A DNA stretch of 64,000 nucleotides. Origin: Macrostomum lignano (Eukaryota). The DNA lies in assembly GCA_002269645.1 (NCBI GenBank), contig NIVC01001036.1, positions 186,001 to 250,000 on the forward strand, in the 5' to 3' direction. Below the pieces are notes generated by a model. It worked only from the letters and a program-made list of their open reading frames with translations, did no database searches and was not told the DNA's origin. Made by a program: the position numbers and the translations under genes. Shown piece by piece: positions 36,431 to 53,079 of this stretch; the stretch's first letter is position 1; every line of letters starts with the position of its first letter.

Positions 36431-37212
36431 CTACGGTTATCTATTAATAATTGGCTTGACCGCGGAGCACTGCAGGTGTCTCCCTCGCCAGTGGGCACTC
36501 AGTGGGCGAAGAAATACGCCATATGCCCTAAGTAGCTGAGCTCCCTGGGCTATTAGGAATCCTGTTCAGCTCCCAAGTTTTGGGAGAAACACGAGAGAGA
36601 TCAAATGGTTGGAGCCCGGTGTGGTCTGACATTAGAAAGTTTGCTTACAACAGGTGCAAAATTTGTACAGAGTTGAACTTGGCTGAGCAGGAAGAAAGGG
36701 GAGAATTCGTTACTTTTGCTACAGTGGAGTGTGGGAAGGGGTCGGTGGGTTTAACGCGATCACGCGCGCTTGAGCCCCCCCCCCCTGAGGCTAGGTGTGG
36801 GAGCACAGCATCACCTGCCGCCTCATTTGCTTTAGTTTGAAGAGATATAGCCCGCCGCTAGCAGAAGAAAAAAACTCCCACCTCCCCCTAAATCCATCGC
36901 TGCAATCTCCCTACACCCTCTGTAAGATAATATTTATGGGAACATTGAAATAAAAATCTCCTAAACACGTGTTTTCAGCTTGTCATCTGTCAACCGAAGC
37001 CAGTAATGATCTGGTAGAATTCAACCACTTTTTTAGCATCTGGCTACATTGTGCGATTCTAACAGGCCGGCTTCAGTCGGACAGACGTCTGCAGATGCCA
37101 GGGCCAGTGTTTCTGTATAAATCATAACTCGGCTCAAGAGATGGGTTTTTAATTTTCGGGGGTTGATTCGGGACTCCCCCGAGGCCAGCTGACCCTTTGA
37201 CCCCCTTGCATC

Positions 37213-37805
37213 CTGCACGCTTGTGCCAGTGTGTGCTAATCAATCTGCACGCTTGTGCCAGTGTGTGCTAATCAATCTGCACGCTTGTGCCAGTGTGTGC
37301 TAATCAATCTGCACGCTTGTGCCAGTGTGAGCTAGTCAATCTGCATTCTGCACGCTTGGGCCAATGAGTGCTAGTCAATCTGCATTCTGCACGCTTGGGC
37401 CAATGTGTGCTAGTCAATCTGCACGCTTGTGCCAGTGTGTGCTAATCAATCTGCACGCTTGTGCCAGTGTGAGCTAATCAATCTGCATTCTGCACGCTTG
37501 GGCCAATGTGTGCTAATCAATCTGCACGCTTGTGCCAGTGTATGCTAATCAATCTGCACGCTTGTGCCAGTGTGTGCTAATCAATCTGCACGCTTGTGCC
37601 AGTGTGAGCTAATCAATCTGCATTCTGCACGCTTGGGCCAATGTGTGCTAATCAATCTGCACGCTTGTGCCAGTGTGAGCTAATCAATCTGCACGCTTGT
37701 GCCAGTGTGTGCTAGTCAATCTGCACGCTTGTGCCAGTGTGTGCTAATCAATCTGCACGCTTGTGCCAGTGTGTGCTAATCAATCTGCACGCTTGTGTCA
37801 GTGTG
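37213..37805 (+). repeat. 32-bp minisatellite (CTGCACGCTTGTGCCAGTGTGTGCTAATCAAT) with 39-bp variants
   Basis: Direct periodicity. Confidence 0.95.
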
Positions 37806-37970
37806 CGCCTAAATCACTGATTGGAAATTGAAAATGTGCACTTAATCAGGCATCCTAAGAAATCATTAGAAAGGATTTTTGTAATCTTCAGAGATTTCAG
37901 CCCAAAGTTTCTCAGCCAGTTGAGCATCATAAACTGATCGGTCAACTGTCAAAAGTCATTACTATTATTA

Positions 37971-38261
<291 letters not shown>

Positions 38262-38274
38262 TCATGTTTATTTG

Positions 38275-38690
38275 GTGCCTCCTTCATCATTTGGCGCCGC
38301 CTTCATCATTTGACGCTTCCTCTATCATTTGGCGCCTCCTTATCACTTGGCGCCTCCTTATCACTTGGCGCCTGCCTCATTCAATATTTGGCACCGCCTT
38401 CATCATTTGGCGCCTCATTCATCATTTGGCGCCTCATTCCTCATTTGGCGCCTCATTCATCATTTGGCGCCTCATTCATCATTTTGCGCCTGCCTCATTC
38501 ATAATTATAATTATTTGGCGCCTCCATCATTTGGCGCCTCCATCATTTGGCGCCTCCATCATTTGGCGCCTCCATCATTTGGCGCCTCCATCATTTGGCG
38601 CCTCCATCATTTGGCGCCTCCTGATCACTTGGCGCCTGCCTCTTCATCATTTGGCGCCTCCTGATCACATGGCGTCTGCCTCTTCATCAT
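38275..38690 (+). repeat. 16-bp minisatellite (CATCATTTGGCGCCTC), degenerate at edges
   Basis: Direct periodicity. Confidence 0.93.
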
Positions 38691-39794
38691 TACGCGCGAA
38701 GTCTTATCAGGGTTCGACGTTCAACGTTTAAAATCTCTTCAAAATCGGGTTTGGCACTACAGTGCGATATTTTCATCATCATAAAGTATCTTGTTAGGTA
38801 TTTCTAAAAATAGACTCAGTCAGATTCCGGGCTTATAAAAAGAATATTTTGAACAGCTAAAATCCGTTTGACTTTGACTCATCCCACCCCCCATTGTCCG
38901 CCTGGTCCGGAGAGACGGGGACAAAACAGTTAATTAGTGGACTCCAGCTTGGCAACACACGGCGCGAGCCTCAGATTACCTGTCTGCCTAGCTAAATGCA
39001 GATGGCTTCCGTGATTCCCGGGGCCCCTCCCTGCGCCGTAGATTCCTTCACTACTACAGCAGCGTCATTCAAATGGAAGCAACAGCGGCCGCCCTATGCT
39101 GACACAATTCAGCCAAGCAAGAAAAACGGTGCTTTTAAGGCCAACCGACTTCGCCTTATCTTCCAGTTTGTTGAAGCGTGCCCGGAGCTCGATCTCAGAT
39201 GAGGCGGGGTGGGTATTAGGTGTCAGACCTTCTGTTCTCACATCGGCCATTGGGCTTGTTTTATCAAACACGTGGTTTTTCTGTGTCTGCTGCCCCCCCC
39301 CCCACGGATCAACTGGGCGACAGACGGCCGAGTGAAAGTGCGGGGCCGCCCCAGCAATCGGGCCCGATGATCTTCTTGCCAATCTGACAAGTCTTTGTGT
39401 GCCTCTGAGCACTGATCCGGGCGGTCATCCATCTCAATTAGTGCCACAGAACAGTTTGTTGTCGTCTGTCAGGTCGACTCAGTTTAGATTTCTGCATATA
39501 TAGCTATCCAGTTGACATACGGGGCAGGGGATAGCTTGTTTCCTGTTCGAGGCGCGATAAGAACTCTGTTAATAATAGATTGAAATATATTTATTATATA
39601 TTATAGATCAAAATCAGGTAGCCGATGCAATAATTCGCTTTATTTTGAATTAGAAGTATCCGAAATATCATCATATATGAAATCGAGTTATTTATATACA
39701 GTAGTAAGTCAGATAATTTGTCCATTACTTGGAATTATCCATCTCTGTTGTGCTGCAATGATTTCAGTGTGTAGGCTGCCTCTGTGAAACACGG

Positions 39795-40780
39795 ATCAGA
39801 GAGACTGGAGTGACGGATCAAAGAGAGTAGACTGAGGGATCAGAGAGACTGGAGTGACGGATCAAAGAGAGTAGAGTGCGCGATCATAGAGACTGGAGTG
39901 ACGGATCATAAAGACTGGAGTGACGGATCATAAAGACTGGAGTGACGGATCATAGAGACTGGAGTGACGGATCATAGAGACTGGAGTGACGGATCATAAA
40001 GACTGGAGTGACGGATCATAGAGAGTAGAGTGAGGGATCATAGAGACTGGAGTGACGGATCATAGAGAGTAGAGTGAGGGATCATAGAGACTGGAGTGAC
40101 GGATCAAAGAGAGTAGAGTGAGGTATCAGAGAGACTGGAGTGACGGATCATAGAGAGTAGAGTGAGGGATCAGAGAGACTGGAGTGACGGATCAGAGAGA
40201 GTAGAGTGAGGGATCAAAGAGACTGGAGTGACGGATCAAAGAGAGTAGAGTGAGCGATCATAGAGACTGGAGTGACGGATCATAAAAAGTAGAGTGAGGG
40301 ATCATAGAGACTGGAGTGACGGATCAAAGAGAGTAGAGTGAGCGATCATAGAGACTGGAGTGACGGATCAAAGAGAGTAGAGTGAGGGATCAGAGAGACT
40401 GGAGTGACGGATCATAGAGAGTAGAGTTTGGGATCAGAGAGACTGGAGTGACGGATCATAAAAAGTAGAGTGAGGGATCAGAGAGACTGGAGTGACGGAT
40501 CAAAGAGAGTAGAGTGAGGGATCATAGAGACTGGAGTGACGGATCATAGAGACTGAAGTGACGGATCATAGAGACTGGAGTGACGGATCATAGAGAGTGA
40601 AGTGACAGATCATAGAGACTGGAGTGACAGATCATAGAGACTGAAGTGACAGATCATAGAGACTGGAGTGACGGATCATAGAGACTGGAGTGACGGATCA
40701 TAGAGACTGGAGTGACGGATCATAGAGACTGGAGTGACAGATCATAGAGAATAAAGTGAAGAATCATACGGACCAGGGTC
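39795..40780 (+). repeat. 22-bp minisatellite (CATAGAGACTGGAGTGACGGAT) alternating with an AGAGTAGAGTGAGGGATC variant
   Basis: Direct periodicity; dimeric higher-order unit in the centre. Confidence 0.95.
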
Positions 40781-41334
40781 ATAGAAAACAAAGTGAGGGA
40801 TAATAGAGAGCAGAGTGAGGCATCACAGTGAGTTCAGAGCAGGACTCACCGAAACTGCTCCACTTGATCATAGGGGACACTGCCAGGAATGTAAATGTAG
40901 TGATAGTGGCAGCAGGGCTCTCGAACTCCTCGATGCTTCGCGTGCTTACGAGCTTTTCTACAATCGATTGAACGAAAAATGAACACATTTCCTGCTCTAC
41001 TATCAGTAGTACTAAGAAAGCAAGTTTTATTGGGACCGCCGATACCTGCAATCGGAGCAGCTGATGCGAAATGGGCAGCAGATTAAAATCCAAGGCATGT
41101 TTATATAACAGAATTTACAAATTTATTTAAGTTCATTTAAGTTATTAAATGGTTAGAAAAGCTGACTGGAGGCAGTGGAGCACAATGTGCTCAATTTATG
41201 CCAAGTTAGGCCATTAGGTACTACCTTTCATATTTTCAGTTATGGCGTTATTCGGAGGCTAAATATGATGTAGCTCGTATACGGTAGTGCCACAGTGATA
41301 AATTCTTCACGAGATTAAGTTTTGCCATTAAGAG

Positions 41335-41705
41335 GGCATTGGGGTGCCGAAATGGACATTGGGGTGCCGAAATGGACATTGGGGTGCCGAAATGGACATT
41401 GAGGACGCCGAAATGGACATTGGGGTGCCGAAATGGACATTGAGGACGCCGAAATGGACATTGGGGTGCCGAAATGGACATTGAGGACGCCGAAATGGAC
41501 ATTGGGGTGCCGAAATGGACATTGGAGTGCCGAAATGGACATTGAGGTGCCGAAATGGACATTTGGGTGCCGAAATGGACATTGGGGTGCGGAAATGGAC
41601 ATTGGGGTGCGGAAATGGACATTGGGGTGCCGAAATGGACATTGGGGTGCCGAAATGGACATCGGGGGCGCCCAAAGTGACATTGAGGGTGCCGAAATGG
41701 ACATG
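41335..41705 (+). repeat. 20-bp minisatellite (GGGGTGCCGAAATGGACATT)
   Basis: Direct periodicity. Confidence 0.95.
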
Positions 41706-42025
41706 AAAATTTTGGCTACTTTACGCTCGTAAACCTATAATTTTTTAGAACAATGGCCTCTGAGATCCACTCAAATAGACACCAAGTAGTGCCTAGAAAA
41801 TTTCTTTTATGTAATTTCTTGGAATTGGAAAGCCAAGGGTTGCTATTTTTATCTCTGATGTTGGAAACTGGACTGCACCATTTAATAATAGAATTGAGTA
41901 CAAAAAGCTGCATAATATTCGTTATCCACTACAGTTAAAATATTGCAGCTGAGTTTACTGAGATGCATGAGATTACATGAGATAATTGATGAGATTTCAA
42001 AGGTTCACGAAGGGGGGATTGCCGT

Positions 42026-42124
42026 GACTGACTGACTGACTGACTGACTGACTGACTGACTGACTGACTGACTGACTGACTGACTGACTGACTGACTGAC
42101 TGACTGACTGACTGACTGACTGAC
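42026..42124 (+). repeat. (GACT)n microsatellite
   Basis: Seen directly. Confidence 0.98.
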
Positions 42125-42543
42125 AGTGATGATAAGCTATGATATTTTAATGGAAGCTTCTTCCGGCGACACTACTAACAACAGGCATAGGACAATTTTC
42201 ATTTTAAAAAATCTAAAACCATTTATTTCAATAACTATATGGTTTAAAAAACTTTCAGTAAAAATGATTACTATATTAGCAAGATGCTACTGATTGCATC
42301 AAAGCGTTAGGCTTGTATTTCACAAATTTTCGCGTGCGATCTCAATTTACATGAAAACCAAAGAAAACAAAAGCAACAGGCAAAAGAGAGCAGAAAATCA
42401 TCGGAATTTGAAAGGCCAACAGACCAAAAGCGCAAACAAGCCAACTACAGTCAATACTGGAGAAGCAGATGAGAGGTAAAATCGGACACCTAACAACTTG
42501 TGATGTCAGCTGGCAGCAGAAATGTGATGTAACTACTAGAGTG

Positions 42544-45599
<3,056 letters not shown>

Positions 45600-46139
45600 G
45601 TTTCTCAATCGACAATAAAATTTTCAATGGAAAAATTTCGCTTTCAAATTCTGCAAAGAGCGTTGGAAGGCAGATTATTTATTTTAACGCGGGTTTTAGC
45701 GCAGCCTCCGCCACCACCCAGGACTCCCATTGGCTGGCAGCCGGCCGACTGGATGGGGCCAGGGTGGAAGGCCTGTCCCTCTGTGCCTGTCGGCTCTGGT
45801 GTTGCTTTCCCAATGCTAATTAGAATAAATTGTTTCTCTCAACAACTTTGATTGCGCAATACGGATTCGCTATCAAGCGCCTCCATCTCTTAGCACAGAA
45901 GCTTTAACCTGCTATGCAGGTGTGTTCTTGTCTAATTAAATGTGGGTCGGCAGAACTGGTTTACTTTATTAAGTCTTGCATTATTTTATGGCACCTTTTC
46001 TTATCTGAGTTTAAAGCTTAGGATGCTGTTAATAAGGCTCTCTACAGGTCTGTTTAAATTGTCCCGTTTTATCGCTTCATTCAATCTCGCTATCTTCATC
46101 TCTATTGGTATCTCTATCGCAATCTCACTTGGTCTCACC

Positions 46140-46745
46140 TAGTCTCTCTCCCTCTGTCCCAGTCTCTCTCCCTCTCTCTCAGTATCTATCGATCTCTGTC
46201 AGTCTCCCTTCCTCTCTCTCTCTCAGTCTCTCTCGATCTCTGTCAGTCTCCCTTCCTCTCTCAGTCTCTCTCTCTCTCCCTCTCTCTCTCAGTATCTATC
46301 GATCTCTGTCAGTCTCCCTTCCTCTCTCTCTCAGTCTCTCTCGATCTCTGTCAGTCTCTCTCCCTCTCTCTCTCTCTCTCTCCCCCTCTCTACCTCTCTC
46401 TCAGTCTCTATCGATCTCTGTCAGTCTCTCTCCCTCCCTCTCTCTACCTCTCTCTCAGTCTCTGTCGATCTCTGTCAGTCTCTCCCCCCTCTCCCCCTCT
46501 CTACCTCTCTCTCAGTCTCTATCGATCTCTGTCAGTCTCTCCCCCCTCTCCCCCTCTCTACCTCTCTCTCAGTCTCTATCGATCTTTCTCAGCCTCTCTC
46601 CCTCTCTCTCTCTCTCAGTCTCTGTCCCTCTCTCTCAAATCTCTGTCAGCCTCTCTCTCTCAAATCTCTGTCAGCCTCTGTATATCTATCAGCTTAATAG
46701 ATAGAGTCTCTCTACCTATCCTCCAGTCTCTCTTTTCCCTCTCTC
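46140..46745 (+). repeat. CT-rich compound repeat with recurring CAGTCTCT/ATCGATCTCTGTCAGT motifs
   Basis: Seen directly. Confidence 0.9.
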
Positions 46746-47008
46746 CCGTCGATTCACATCAATCTATATTTTTTTTTCAATGACTAACCCCTTGACTCTG
46801 CATTGCAATGTTCAGATTCTAAAGCTTGTTTAATTGACCTGACAGGTAGAGATAAGAGCCATTACCATCAGGCTCTCCGCATGACCCCAGATCCAGCCCA
46901 TCTAAACCAATGCAGTTCATTATAAATGCAGTAACCATGCCGTATGGCAAACCGAACGATTACTGCTATCAATTTGCATCAAATTGAATCAAGAATGCAG
47001 CGATGCAA

Positions 47009-47042
<34 letters not shown>

Positions 47043-47489
47043 CTCGCCCAAACTTCATCAGCGTGTTTGTTAAGCTATTATTGCGCAACAAGCGGAGAGA
47101 GAACTGATGCGCGCCACTTGATGGAGTTGACGTTTGACTGACAGTTCGCTAAGCCGGGGAGACTTAACGAAAGAGATAGCTGGCAAGAGGAAGAAATCGA
47201 GAGCGCTTGGAACAGAATGGGCTGGTAGGAACAAGTCTCGCACTGTTACCTCTTGACAACCACTGCCAACCACTGTGAGCAAGGGAGTGAATTTCTTTAA
47301 ATAGCAATTAAATTAGTACAGCGTGACGGCGACCCACCGGCTGACCTTCTTTGTCCCCATGGCGACAAAGTGGTCCGTGGAAAAGTTAAATACTCCAGAG
47401 GGTTAGATGAACACTACATGGATTGTTCATAGACAGTCAAAGTACGGAAAATTAAAACACGGGTCATAGATAATTAAAACACCATAGAC

Positions 47490-47840
47490 AATAACAGTCA
47501 ACACGTAAGCCGTAGACAATCAACAGATTAGCCTTAGACAGTCAAACATAGGCCATAGACAATCCACACATAAGCCATGGACAATCAACTCGTTAGCCAC
47601 CGACAATTAAACATATAGGCCAGGCCATAGACAATCAACTCGTTAGCCACCGACAATTAAACATATAGGCCATAGACAATCAACTCGTTAGCCAACGACA
47701 ATTAAACATATAGGCCATAGACAATCAACTCGTTAGCCATCGACAATTAAACATATAGGCCATAGACAATCAACTCGTTAGCCATCAGCAATTAAACATA
47801 TAGGCCATAGACAATCAACACATTAGCCATAGACAGTGTC
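47490..47840 (+). repeat. 45-bp minisatellite (CATAGACAATCAACTCGTTAGCCACCGACAATTAAACATATAGGC)
   Basis: CATAG recurs at 47671 and 47716. Confidence 0.9.
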
Positions 47841-49114
47841 AGTAAGGGTCATAGATAATTAAAACACGGGTCATAGAATAATCAAAATAAAAGATGCCAA
47901 AATCCATGACTAATTAATTGTTTGCAGCCGCATATAGCTAACACAAGAATTCTATCTTTAATCCTCTCTCCATCAAAACAAGACCCAATATTCGGACCAA
48001 AGCAATTCTAGATTGACAAACTTGAAGCAGCCGCTTGCTTCTGAAAAATACAGAATTATATAGGACTTCCATTTGCCAAAACAGCACGACAAATTCTCTG
48101 ACGCCATTTTGGTTTTATAAATTATTCTTGTCCCAGTTGTTGGACCAGCGGATGCTGTTGGATTGCGAATTAAAACATCATGCTGGGTAATCCGACGCCT
48201 CTTGCTAAACTGCTGAAATTCGTCTATGGGACTGGAGAGAGAGGAGAGAGAGAGAGAGCTCTCCCACGGGTTCAAGCAGTGAACACTGTTACAGATTGAC
48301 AGTAACCGAACGAAGGCCCAACCCACACCAGATCCACTGGAGTCTTATTCTACCCCCCAAGTAACTTTTTCCTGCAAACACACATCGAGTCAAATATGCT
48401 TTTCCGGTTCGCTAGGCAGATTTGGGACCACACAGGAAAATATTCCATATTTGGTTCGCTACACCAGATAGATCAGGGCGCAATGGCTACAGCAGAGATG
48501 CCGCAGAAATGATGACTTTCACTTCCGAGCTGCCGCCGAAAGCAATCGCTCAAGCGGCAAGCATTCGACACTGTCCCTTCCTCCTTGTACGCGGCTTATT
48601 TGAAAAGCCTTCAATCCCAGGAAATCCGCATCCTCAGCTTGAACGGGGAGAAGAGATAAGCGATCTCCCACTCACAATAGGCAGTGTAAAATTAAGTTTG
48701 AAGAATTGCCGGTCGCTCATCCTTCTTCTGCGCTCAGGACCGCCCGCTGGGCACAAAGACCTCATCTTATCTTCCTGGCCAAGCGCGTGATTTGCTGAAG
48801 TCCAACAAAAGGAGGGCATGCTATGCTAGCAGAGATTCGCCGACCTGATAAAAAAGCAAAATGAAGAGCTTAGAAAGGAGAGGCTCGGGTAAATTCCGTT
48901 GAAAATTTACAACTTTCAATTTTCTTCTGGGCATCTCTGCTTGGAATCTGTGAAGTTTTTCTAGCGCCAATGTTGGCACAATCTGTTGCAGAGGGGAATA
49001 AACAAAATAAACACTCGATGTTGGGAATACAAAATTCTCGTTAACTATAATTTGTCTTGTTCGTTTGAGTGGCCATTGCATAAATTCATTTGCATTCACA
49101 TGGCATGTTGATCT

Positions 49115-50065
49115 CGGACATGGCATGCAGATCTTGGACATGACATGCTGATCTCGGACATGACATGCTGATCTAAGATATTACATTCTGATCTCGGACA
49201 TGACATGCTGATCTAAGACATGACATGCTGATCTCGGACATGGCATGATGATCTCGGACATGACATGCTGATCTAAGATACGACATGCTGATCTCGGACA
49301 TGACATGCTGATCTAAGACATGACATGCTGATCTCGGACATGACATACTGATCTCGGACATGACATGCTGATCTCGGACATGACATGCTGATTTCGGACA
49401 TGACATGCTGATATCGGACATGACATTCTGATCTCGGACGTGACATGCTGATCTCGGACATGGCATGCTGATTTCGGACATGACATACTGATCTCGGACA
49501 TGACATACTGATCTAAGACATGGCATGCTGATCTCGGACATGACATGCTGATCTCGGACATGACATGCTGATTTCGGACATGACATACTGATCTCGGACA
49601 TGACATACTGATCTAAGACATGGCATGCTGATCTTGGACATGACATGCTGATCTCGGACATGACATGCTGATCTAAGATATTACATTCTGATCTCGGACA
49701 TGACATGCTGATCTAAGACATGACATGATGATCTCGGACATGAAATGCTGATCTCGGACATGGCATGCTGATTTCGGACATGACATACTGATCTCGGACA
49801 TGACATACTGATCTAAGACATGGCATGCTGATCTCAAACATGGCATGCTGATCTCGGACATGGCATGCTGATTTCGGACATGACATACTGATCTAGGACA
49901 TGACATGCTGATCTAAGACATGTCATGCTGATCTCGGACATGACATGCTGATCTAAGACATGGCATGCTGATCTCGGACATGACATGCTGATCTAAGACA
50001 TGGCATGCTGATCTCGGACATGACATGCTGATCTAAGACATGGCATGCTGATCTCGGACATGACA
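49115..50065 (+). repeat. 20-bp minisatellite (CATGACATGCTGATCTCGGA)
   Basis: Direct periodicity. Confidence 0.96.
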
Positions 50066-50549
50066 AATGACACTTCATCTAATCAGGACCCATTGAAGTC
50101 TTGTGCTCAGAAAAGTGTTTAACAACCTTGTCCTTGAGCTAGTTTGAACTCTCGGCCCTGTTTAGGCAGCAAGTAAAAAAAGTAAGAAAGAGAGGAGCGA
50201 TTAGATTAAGAGCTTACCAAGTGCTTGTAATTATTGAACCGAAATTCCGTTTGAAAAGTAAAAACTTTGATTGAATCTGCCTTATTTAGTGAATAAACAA
50301 CTGGCCTAGCAAAGTACATGTATGCATAAGATAAGTCCTGAAAACTTACTATTTTTTCATTTCTGCGCTCTTTCTTATGCTCTATCTAAAAAACTTTGAG
50401 CAGTTTGCCCCTATCTTCTGTGCAGACATTGAGCACACTACACGCTCGTACTTGCACGAAAATGCGGTATATAATAGTTTGTGTGAGCTAAACATGCATG
50501 CAAAAAACGCCATTCGCTTAGTAAAAATAAAGGACATGAAATTGCAGCA

Positions 50550-51878
50550 ATGACTTTGTCTGCTAATAGAGAAGCTGATGAATCTGAACCACTTCTCAAT
50601 GAGCAGCGGCTGAGTTGGCGGCCTCTGCTATTCCTGCTGGGCATTGTCACTCTTGAGCGCTGCACCTACTACAACTATATGTCTATGGCCATCGGCGCTG
50701 GCCATAGACATATAGGCCAGCCGTACTGCGGAGCCCTGCTAGGCGAGAGCCCGACTGAACCATTCGGCGCGACTTTACTGAGCCGCGTGCTACCTCAGGG
50801 CCTGTCGTTCCTGCTCACCCTGGTTGGCGGCTACGTTGCCGACAATTTGATCGGGTGCGCGAGAACTCTGGCTGCTGGCTGCTTCATGTACACCCTGGCT
50901 GCTCTCATGCTGATCGGATTCGTGTTCTGTCCGGCCATGTGCCTGGCCGCTATGGTGACTGTTGGCAAGTTCGGCACCGCCTGCGGCTCCGGACTGATCC
51001 GGCCGTGTCTCCTGGTGCTCACCATTGAGTCTGGCAAACTGCTCGGCCTGTCGGTGCGGCGCGTCTGCCAGCTGCACTACGCGTGCGAGGCGTTGAGTCA
51101 GTTGCTAGGCAACCTGCTGGCCTTCGGATCGGACAGGCTGGCCTTCCCGCTTGGCTTCGTCACCTTGCCAACCAGCGTCATCATGCTGCTGCTGGCCCTG
51201 CTGACTGCCGAGCGGCCCGGCTGGGACCCCAGCCAGTTCCAGCTGCCCGGCCTGCCAAGGTTTAAACGCGTCGTCGTGACAACGGCGCCCCTGATAGCCC
51301 TGTCCGCGAGCGTCCTGGCTGGCTATTTCTCGCTGAGCGTGTCGGATCTGAACGGCGACATCCGGAAAATGGGCACGAACCAGTTCAGGTGGAGTCACAA
51401 CCTGCTGCTGCTCTGCTACTCGGCTACTCTGCTTGCCGCGGTGGCCCTGCTCATGCTGGCCACGCGAGCGTCGGCTCTGGTGCGGCACCTGCCGGATGTC
51501 CGCATCGCCATTGGCGTCGCCGCCACCGCGCTGGGCCACCTGACGGCGCTGATCGTGTCCTCCAGCCAGCTGGCTGGCTCCTTCTGGTTGATCGCGGGCG
51601 GGCAGAATTTCTTGTACGCCATGGGCGAGGCGTCCGCCATCTCCACGGCTAATGAGGTGGCTTTCCGATCCGGATTCACCGTATCCCGGGCCTTCATGGT
51701 CGGCCTGTTCATGGGCATATGGGGCTCCGGCTATCTGTTTAACGAGTTTCTTGTGCACATTGCGACAGCCGTGATAGCGCACTGGATTGCTAGCGGCGCG
51801 ATGCTTCTAACTAATGCTTATTTATTCTTCTTTGCGGTGCCGGCAATGGACTGGCTGCTGAGGGATGAGAGATCATGA
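50550..51878 (+). CDS. SLC15: Intronless SLC15/PTR2 (POT) family MFS oligopeptide transporter-like protein, 442 aa
   Basis: Many hydrophobic segments. TM1 LGIVTLERCTYY (ExxERFxYY-like), GGYVADNLIGCART (GGxxADxxxGR), GSGLIRP (G-G-xKP) and a late A-S-x-A-x-x-G-x-F segment. Symbol is family-level. Confidence 0.8.
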   Translation: MTLSANREADESEPLLNEQRLSWRPLLFLLGIVTLERCTYYNYMSMAIGAGHRHIGQPYCGALLGESPTEPFGATLLSRVLPQGLSFLLTLVGGYVADNLIGCARTLAAGCFMYTLAALMLIGFVFCPAMCLAAMVTVGKFGTACGSGLIRPCLLVLTIESGKLLGLSVRRVCQLHYACEALSQLLGNLLAFGSDRLAFPLGFVTLPTSVIMLLLALLTAERPGWDPSQFQLPGLPRFKRVVVTTAPLIALSASVLAGYFSLSVSDLNGDIRKMGTNQFRWSHNLLLLCYSATLLAAVALLMLATRASALVRHLPDVRIAIGVAATALGHLTALIVSSSQLAGSFWLIAGGQNFLYAMGEASAISTANEVAFRSGFTVSRAFMVGLFMGIWGSGYLFNEFLVHIATAVIAHWIASGAMLLTNAYLFFFAVPAMDWLLRDERS

Positions 51879-51884
51879 TTTAAT

Positions 51885-52400
51885 CGTGACATTGTGAATT
51901 ATGTGAGTGTGAATAGTGACAGTGTGAATTATGTGAATGTGAATGGTGACAGTGTGAATTATGTGAGTGTGAATAGTGACAGTGTGAATTATGTGAATGT
52001 GAATAGTGACAGTGTGAATCGCTAGACTGTGAATAGTGGCAGTGTGAATTGCTAGACTGTGAATAGTGGCAGTGTGAATTGCTAGACTGTGAATAGTGAC
52101 AGTGTGAATTGCCAGACTGTGAATAGTGACAGTGTGAATTGCTAGACTGTGAATAGTGACAGTGTGAATTGCCAGACTGTGAATAGTGACAGTGTGAATT
52201 GCTAGACTGTGAATAGTGACAGTGTGAATTGCTAGACTGTGAATAGTTACAGTGTGAATTGCCAGAATGTGAATTGTGATAGTGAGAATCATTGTGAATG
52301 CGAAAAATTTCAATGTGAATTGCGAGTATGTGAATAGTGAAAGTAAAAATCATGAGAATGTAAAAAGTGAAAGAGAAAATCATGTGAATGTGAAAATCAC
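51885..52400 (+). repeat. 30-bp minisatellite (GTGAATAGTGACAGTGTGAATTGCTAGACT) directly after the SLC15 stop
   Basis: Direct periodicity. Confidence 0.93.
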
Positions 52401-53079
52401 AAGAATGTGTTACCTTAATTTTGTAAGGACGATTCAATGGCTTATTTTATATTATGAAATCTAGATTAGCTAAAATAACATTGTTACACTTAACGCACTA
52501 CTCAGTAGAGCTTTTTCAAGTAGCCAAATTGCAATTTAAATTGCCAGTTGAAACATCCTAGTGCTATTACAGAATTGCGTTCTGTTATTTCCTTTGAATT
52601 TATTGCCAATCCCACAGAATCCTTAATTTCAGTCTGTGGGAGCTTGGAATTGTTGAATAAAACTCCCCATTTTTCTATTGCCCATGGAGACACAGAAAAA
52701 GTCAGAATTCTGCCCATATTTTTATTTCTGACTGGCTGGCCCCGTCTCTGCATCCCATCTTCAGTCGATTCTTCCCAGAGATTTTTCATGCGCACGGATT
52801 GGGATTAAACAGGCACACAGCAGGGAGTGGGGGGGGGCTTGGGGAATAGGAGACTTAGACTGGCCTGGGATGTAAATTATGCATCAGGCGCGGTACACTT
52901 TAGCGATTCCTTCTAAGCCGAAATGCCTCGCGGGCCAGATTGACGCGGCTCACCGTGATCTTGTCGCACGGCTTTTCTCTGCGATTTGGGCCCTGGAGCT
53001 GAAATGTGAAATGAGGAGAGTGCAGCTGGGACCGGACTCAACTAGGGTAACTGCATAAGTTGTTCATGAGTTTTGGGGA

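Noticed and set aside
47973-48790. 117-aa and 122-aa ORFs (also 63346-63582 and the many 60-160 aa ORFs in 7-17.9 kb)
   Set aside because: No recognisable domain, no consistent splice pattern, overlapping frames in GC-patchy low-complexity DNA.
50790-51782. Antisense and alternative-frame ORFs over the SLC15 gene (likewise 58014-59503 over the apyrase)
   Set aside because: Shadow ORFs of GC-rich coding sequence.
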